DNA of 58,382 bases, filler included, from Sandaracinaceae bacterium (GTDB taxonomy: Bacteria > Myxococcota_A > Polyangia > Polyangiales > JADJQN01): the NCBI GenBank assembly GCA_947483975.1. It is 4 parts of 4 records of this genome, joined end to end, with 100 filler letters (N's around TTAATTAATTAA, not from the genome) between each part and the next. Parts side by side here need not be neighbours in the genome. Positions count along the whole stretch, not along the records: positions 44,032 to 58,382 come from CANKOL010000111.1; 3 more parts are not named here. One strand, 5' to 3'. Positions 53,144 through 58,382 of this stretch are shown here, one piece after another. The notes under the pieces are model-generated. The model did not search any database. It saw nothing but the letters and a program-made list of their open reading frames with translations, and had not been told where the DNA came from. Both the position numbers and the translations under genes were made by a program. Position 1 is the first letter of the stretch. Every line of letters begins with the position of its first letter.

Positions 53144-55075
53144 TCAGCGCTGACCGCGACGACGGGCGCCGAGCGCGAGCCCCAACAGCAGGAGCGCCGC
53201 GAGCCAGCCGCGCGACGAGGTCGAGCCGCCCGGCGCGATGCTGCAGCCGCCCTTGGGCGCCGCAGGCACGGTCGGTCGGACGCACGTCGCGCTGAGCCCG
53301 TCCGACGCGCGCGCGCAGGCGAGCCCGGGCGGGCAGGAGGTGCCGCTGCCGCACGAGTCGGTGCAGCGACCGGCGAGGCACGTTCCGACCGAGCAGCCCG
53401 TAGCGGCCGTGCACGGCTCCCCGAGATACGCGTGCGCGGGCGCGCAGATGCGGGCGCCAGCGTCGACGCAGGTGAAGTCGTCTGGGCAGCTCGTGTCGAC
53501 CGAGCACACGGTCGTGCACCAGCTCGTCGTGCCGCGCGTCGCGCAGAACGCGCCGGACGCGCAGTCCCCGTTGTCGACGCAGGCGCCGCCCGCAGGCGAG
53601 CGATCTCCGCGGGCGCAGCGCTCACCCGAGCAGTGGAAGCCAGCGCCGCACACGGCGTCGTCGCCGCTGCACGCGCGCGTGCAGAACGGCACGGCGTCCG
53701 TCGTCACGCACAGCGCGCTGCCGCAGTCGGCGTTCGCCGCGCAGGGCTCGCCGATGCCGCGCGCGCTCGCGACGAGCGCCGCAGGGAGACACGCGCCGCA
53801 CCCGGTCGGCGCCGCGCCGCAGACCTCGCCGAGCGGACATGTGCCGGTGTCTCCGACGCACGCGTCGAGGCAGCGCACGTTGCCGTCGCCCGGATCGACA
53901 CAATGCAGCGACGCGCAATCGGTCGCCGTCGTACACGCGGCGCCGTTCGCGAGCGCCCCGCGCACGACCGGCTGACAGAGGCCCTGACAAGCATCGCCGA
54001 TCACGCAAGACGCGCCAGCCCAAGGCGTCGTCGCGTCGGAGTACGGGTGCGCGATCGTGTCGCAGGCGTCGCCGCCGGGCGTGCAAGGCCTCGTGCAGAT
54101 GCGCCCCGCGGTCGTGTCCGCGCACACCGAGGGATTCGCGATCGGCGTGAGGAACGACGGCAGCTGCCCGAACGCGCACTCGGCGTCCGCCGTGCACGGC
54201 GAGCCGAGCGGCGTGCAGGTCTCGTCGACCTCGCCGTCGCAGTCGTTGTCGAGGCCGTCGCAGACCTCCGCGCCGAGGTCGACGCAATCCCCCGCCTCGA
54301 TCATCGCGCGGTCGATCAGGTCGAGCTCGACGTCGACGCGATTGTGCCCGTCCTGCGGGCTCGGACAGACGTCGCCGGAGCCGAACGAGGCGACGCCGAT
54401 CACGCGACGCACCGGCAGCTCCTCGATCATCGGGCCACCCGAGTCGCCCGAGCAGATCGTCTCGGCGGAGTAGATCACTCGCGCGCGGACCGCGGCGACC
54501 GTGCTCGTCGTCTTGTACTTCACGCCGGACTCACCGGCCGGCGTCTCACCGAAGCCGATCGCCGTGTAGTGCTGCCCCACCATGTCGGTCGGCGCGTCGC
54601 GCCGAATCGGGATCGGCGTGATCTCGAGCTCCGGGTTCGCGAGCACGATGATGCCGATGTCGACACCGACGAGCGCGCCGCCGAGCCCGGTCGTCGCGGA
54701 AGTCGTGTAGACGCCAGGCGTCGTGTAGATGCGCGCCGCGCGCACGATGCGCGTCGCCCCGACACGATTGCCGAAGCCGACGGTGAGCACGCCCGGCGAG
54801 TACGGGCGCTCGACGTCCTCGCCCTGCACGCAGTGCTTCGCGGTGAGGACGACGTGCGGCGAGATCAGCGTGCCCGTGCAACGCCCCGCGCCGCCGTAGA
54901 TCAGCACGAGCACGACGGCGTCTTCGCCGAGCTCGCGCGTGCCGTTGACGATGGCGGCCGTGCTCCCCGCCGGCGGCGAGTCGTCGACTCCCGGTGCTGT
55001 GCACGAGCTCGCGAGGAGAGCGACGACGAGCGACACGGTGAGGACGAGACGGAGCGAAGCGACGGAGTGCTGCAC
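53144..55075 (-). CDS. S1 serine protease lipoprotein with Cys-rich repeats and MYXO-CTERM tail (paralog 3)
   Basis: ASSC lipobox-like motif; IVNG; TAKHC / DIGII / GDSGGP; EVCDGLDNDCDGEVDE; GGCSI + TM + RRR. Confidence 0.9.
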   Translation of the reverse strand: MQHSVASLRLVLTVSLVVALLASSCTAPGVDDSPPAGSTAAIVNGTRELGEDAVVLVLIYGGAGRCTGTLISPHVVLTAKHCVQGEDVERPYSPGVLTVGFGNRVGATRIVRAARIYTTPGVYTTSATTGLGGALVGVDIGIIVLANPELEITPIPIRRDAPTDMVGQHYTAIGFGETPAGESGVKYKTTSTVAAVRARVIYSAETICSGDSGGPMIEELPVRRVIGVASFGSGDVCPSPQDGHNRVDVELDLIDRAMIEAGDCVDLGAEVCDGLDNDCDGEVDETCTPLGSPCTADAECAFGQLPSFLTPIANPSVCADTTAGRICTRPCTPGGDACDTIAHPYSDATTPWAGASCVIGDACQGLCQPVVRGALANGAACTTATDCASLHCVDPGDGNVRCLDACVGDTGTCPLGEVCGAAPTGCGACLPAALVASARGIGEPCAANADCGSALCVTTDAVPFCTRACSGDDAVCGAGFHCSGERCARGDRSPAGGACVDNGDCASGAFCATRGTTSWCTTVCSVDTSCPDDFTCVDAGARICAPAHAYLGEPCTAATGCSVGTCLAGRCTDSCGSGTSCPPGLACARASDGLSATCVRPTVPAAPKGGCSIAPGGSTSSRGWLAALLLLGLALGARRRGQR

Positions 55076-55211
55076 GGGGACGAGTATCTGCGCGGTGCGC
55101 GACCGCGTCTACCGGCTCGAGTGAGCGATCGCGGCGAGAATTCGCACGAGACGACACCTTTCTGTCACACTCAGGAAGCTCGAGTGTCACGTCGGAGGTC
55201 TCTGCGGCAGC

Positions 55212-56846
55212 ATGGCTAGGACGATGAAAGGCCTCGCAAAACTCCCGAAGCGCGGCCCCAAGGCGCTCGTGCTCGGTGTCGTCGATGGCGCGCCGACCGC
55301 GCCGAGCGACTTCGCGAGCCTCGTCGGCGATCTCTCGGCGGGGGACCTGCCGCGCGAACCGGAGTGGCGGATTCACGACCGCACGCACCTCGAGTTCGCC
55401 GTCGACTATCGCGTCGGTCCTCCGAAGCCCGCGCAGCGCACCGTCGGGCGAAGCGAGAAGCAGCGCTTCGAGTGGGACGCGTACTTCTTCGTCCCGGAGA
55501 GCCTGCGGCTCCACGACCAGACCTACGAGAAGAACGAGATCTACGAGGATCTGCAGTCCTACGTGCGCTTCGCCGTGCCGACCGTCGCGTTCGATGCGCT
55601 CGCCGGCGAGGCGATGGAGCGCCTCGGCGCGGCGCTCGGACCAGGCTGCGATCACGAGGTCGCGCTCCGCGAATTACGCCTCTTCGCGTGCCTCGTGCGC
55701 GCCTCGAGCGGCGTCGTGCGCCGCAACATCCTCGCGCTCGTAGGCGAGCTGCCCGAGAGCACGCTCGCCATCACCGAGGCGACGCAGCGCCTCGTGCAGA
55801 GCGCAGCGCGGGTCGCGAACTCTCTGCGCGCCGTCGTGGACGCAGTGCCCTCCGACGACGCGGCGCTACGCGAGGCGTGCTCGTGGATCGACGAGGACGT
55901 GTCGCGCGCGCTCGAGGCGTTGCTCGGCTCGCTCGCGATCGAGCTGCGCAAGGCGCGCCTCGAAGAGCGCATCGTCGCGACGGTCGCGGCGGGCGCCGTA
56001 GACGAGGCGCGCGCGAGGGTCGCCCGCGGGCTCGAGGGCGTCGGGCACGCGCACGCCGACTCGCGCGAGATCGAGCACCTCGAGTTCCGGCGGCACGTGC
56101 TCAAGCGGTTCACTTCATCGGTGCTGTGGCTGTCGCTCGAGGTGCGCGCCGGCGCGCGCTGGACCCTCGAGCTGCTCTACGCGGTCGCCGCGAGCGTCGC
56201 GATGGGCTTCGCCTTCGTGCTCGCCATGCTGAACGGCAGCGCGACGCTGAACCCAGGCACAGCCGGCAATCTCTGGACGGGCGCGCTCCTCGTGATGCTC
56301 GCGTACGCCGCGAAGGATCGCATCAAGGCCACGCTGCAGGGCACGTTCTCGCGCGTCGTGCAGCGGCACTTCCCCGACCGCCGCTGGCGCATCCTCGACC
56401 GCGAGCGCGAGGTGAGCCTCGGCTCCGTGGAGGAGCGCTCCGCGTTCCTGCCGTTCAAGCGGCTGCCTCCTGAGGCGCTCGCGGTGCGCCGCATGACGCG
56501 CACGCACCTCTTCGAGGAGAGCGCGCGCCCCGAGCGTGTGCTGTGGCACCACAAGACGGTGACAGTGCACGGTGACGACGTCGCCGCCGCGGACGCGCGC
56601 TTCACGGCGCTCACCGAGATATTCCGACTCAACCTGCGGCGCTGGCTCGATCACACCGACGACCCCAACCGCAAGATCGTCTTCGCCGATCCGGAAGACC
56701 GCCAGATCTACTCGGCCGTCGCGCCGCGCGTCTACAACATCGCGATCGTCTATCGCCTGCGCGAGCGCGGCGTCGACGCTGCTTGGCACCGCATCCGCGT
56801 CGTCGTCACGCGCAAAGGCATCCAGCGCATCGACCGGATCTGCTGA
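55212..56846 (+). CDS. Hypothetical protein with two transmembrane helices
   Basis: 544-aa ORF with strong host codon bias; TM pair LLYAVAASVAMGFAFVLA / LWTGALLVMLAYA; no family recognised. Confidence 0.75.
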   Translation: MARTMKGLAKLPKRGPKALVLGVVDGAPTAPSDFASLVGDLSAGDLPREPEWRIHDRTHLEFAVDYRVGPPKPAQRTVGRSEKQRFEWDAYFFVPESLRLHDQTYEKNEIYEDLQSYVRFAVPTVAFDALAGEAMERLGAALGPGCDHEVALRELRLFACLVRASSGVVRRNILALVGELPESTLAITEATQRLVQSAARVANSLRAVVDAVPSDDAALREACSWIDEDVSRALEALLGSLAIELRKARLEERIVATVAAGAVDEARARVARGLEGVGHAHADSREIEHLEFRRHVLKRFTSSVLWLSLEVRAGARWTLELLYAVAASVAMGFAFVLAMLNGSATLNPGTAGNLWTGALLVMLAYAAKDRIKATLQGTFSRVVQRHFPDRRWRILDREREVSLGSVEERSAFLPFKRLPPEALAVRRMTRTHLFEESARPERVLWHHKTVTVHGDDVAAADARFTALTEIFRLNLRRWLDHTDDPNRKIVFADPEDRQIYSAVAPRVYNIAIVYRLRERGVDAAWHRIRVVVTRKGIQRIDRIC

Positions 56847-56900
56847 GCGGCGCGCACCTCGCGCCCGCCCCCGCTCGGCACGAGGACACAGACGACGAAC

Positions 56901-58382
56901 TCAGAGGTCCGTGATGCGCAGTTCCACCGCGTCGCCGCCGCGCCAGGTGTCGGGGCGGAGGCTGCCGACGATGTCGATCTGCCCCTGCGCGGCGCCGAGG
57001 CGTCCCGCGAGATCGAAGCCGAACGCCTCGATCGACGTGCGCCCGCAGCGCAGCGAGAGCTTGAGGTGCCGCTCCTGCACGACCGACGCGCGCAGCACCT
57101 TCACGCCCGGCAGCGCGAAGAGCGGCTCCTCGTTGCCACAACCGAGCGGCTCGAGCATCGCGAGCTCGCGCGCAGCCGGCACCGTGAACGTGCTCCCGTC
57201 GAGCGTCACGTCGATCGGCGTCTCCGTCTGCGTCAGCCCGTGCCTCGCCGACACCGCGCGCACGGCGTCGTCGAACGACGCGCGCAGCGCCTCGACCCGC
57301 GACGCGCGCACGGTGAGCCCGGCGGCGGCTTGATGCCCACCGAAGCGCTCGAGCTCCGAGGCGCACGCGCTCACCGCGTCGAACAAGCGAAACCCGTCCG
57401 GCGCGCGACAGCTGCCGTGCCCGATGCCGTCGTCGATGCCGACGACGACGACGGGAACGGCGAAGCGCTCGACGAGCCGCGCCGCCGTGATGCCGACGAC
57501 GCCGCGGTGCCAGCCCTCGCCCGCGACGACGACGCCCGCGCTCGGATGCTCGCCGTAGACCTCGAGCGCCTGCGCGATCGCGGCCTCCGTGACGGCGCGC
57601 TCCACCTGCTTGCGCTCCTCATTGAGCAGGTCGATCTTCGCGGCGAGCGCGCGCGCGAGGGTCGGTGTGCGCGCGCGCAGCAGCTCGAGCGTCACGGTCG
57701 GATCCCCGAGGCGCCCCGCCGCGTTGAGGCGCGGCGCGAGACGAAACGCGACATCGATCGCGCCGAGCGGCGTGCCCGCCCTGACCCGCGCCACCTCCCG
57801 CAGCGCGACGATGCCCGGGCGCGCATCCGGGAGCGCGAGCTGCGCGAGCCCCGCGCGCACGAGCCTGCGATTGTCCCCATCGAGCGGCGCGACGTCCGCG
57901 ATGGTGCCGAGCGCGACGAGGTCGAGCCACGGGCGTAGATCGAGCTTCTTGCCGAGCGCCGCGCGCACCGCCGCCCCGAGCGAGAACGCGAGCCCCGCGC
58001 TCGTCAGATGCTTGTACGCAAAGCCGCACTCGGGACGGTGCGGGTTGAGGAACGCGAGCGCGGGCAAGGGCTCCGCGGGGACGAGGTGATGATCGACGAC
58101 GATGACGTCGAGCCCCTTGGCGCGCGCGGCGGCGATGCGCGGGTGATCGCTCGAGCCGCAATCGCACGTGACGAGGAGCTTCGCGCCGGTGTCGAGCACG
58201 CGCGCGAGCGCCTCCTCCGAGAAGCCGTAACCGCCCGAAAAACGGCTCGCGACGAGCGCACAGACCTCGCCGCCGAGCGCCTCGAGGACGTCCGCGAGGA
58301 TCGCTGCGCTCGTCGTCCCGTCGACGTCGTAGTCGCCGAAGATGGCGATGCGCTCGCCCGCGCGGACGGCGCGCGCGAGGCG
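56901..58382 (-). CDS. recJ: Single-stranded-DNA-specific exonuclease RecJ (5' end lies beyond the window)
   Basis: IFGDYDVDG, EGYG-like GGYGF, TCDCG, VVDHH, NPH, LGTIADV.PL...NR, PRLNAAGR, WH.GVVGI.A.R, FGGH.AAAG. Confidence 0.95.
   Translation of the reverse strand, partial: RLARAVRAGERIAIFGDYDVDGTTSAAILADVLEALGGEVCALVASRFSGGYGFSEEALARVLDTGAKLLVTCDCGSSDHPRIAAARAKGLDVIVVDHHLVPAEPLPALAFLNPHRPECGFAYKHLTSAGLAFSLGAAVRAALGKKLDLRPWLDLVALGTIADVAPLDGDNRRLVRAGLAQLALPDARPGIVALREVARVRAGTPLGAIDVAFRLAPRLNAAGRLGDPTVTLELLRARTPTLARALAAKIDLLNEERKQVERAVTEAAIAQALEVYGEHPSAGVVVAGEGWHRGVVGITAARLVERFAVPVVVVGIDDGIGHGSCRAPDGFRLFDAVSACASELERFGGHQAAAGLTVRASRVEALRASFDDAVRAVSARHGLTQTETPIDVTLDGSTFTVPAARELAMLEPLGCGNEEPLFALPGVKVLRASVVQERHLKLSLRCGRTSIEAFGFDLAGRLGAAQGQIDIVGSLRPDTWRGGDAVELRITDL

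Overview
A very GC-rich bacterial sequence, most consistent with Myxococcota (Polyangia/Sandaracinus-like), judged from MYXO-CTERM tails, Cys-rich lipoproteins and Hanks-type kinases. The window is not contiguous. It holds four ~14.5 kb contigs (1-14646, 14747-29372, 29473-43931, 44032-58382) joined by artificial 100-bp N/TTAATTAATTAA/N spacers, so neighbourhood arguments hold only within a contig. Housekeeping genes are ppdK, tsaD, pyrC, carA, scoA/scoB, a double-length uvrA, purF and a partial recJ. The most notable observations are: (1) a DHH-type phosphoesterase with apparently permuted motif order, divergent from an abasic-site-processing SRAP gene; (2) three collinear paralogous S1 proteases that combine an N-terminal lipobox, a zymogen-like activation site, a long Cys-rich stalk and a MYXO-CTERM tail; (3) a beta-integrin-like VWA/TSP3 lipoprotein; (4) a -10-like hexamer 6-10 nt upstream of many SD-less start codons, suggesting widespread leaderless mRNAs; (5) a compositionally foreign FIST(NosP)/hybrid histidine kinase pair with a deleted receiver domain and a nearby methyltransferase scar. 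No tRNA, rRNA, CRISPR array, integrase or transposase was recognised. All calls come from reading motifs by eye; no searches were run.
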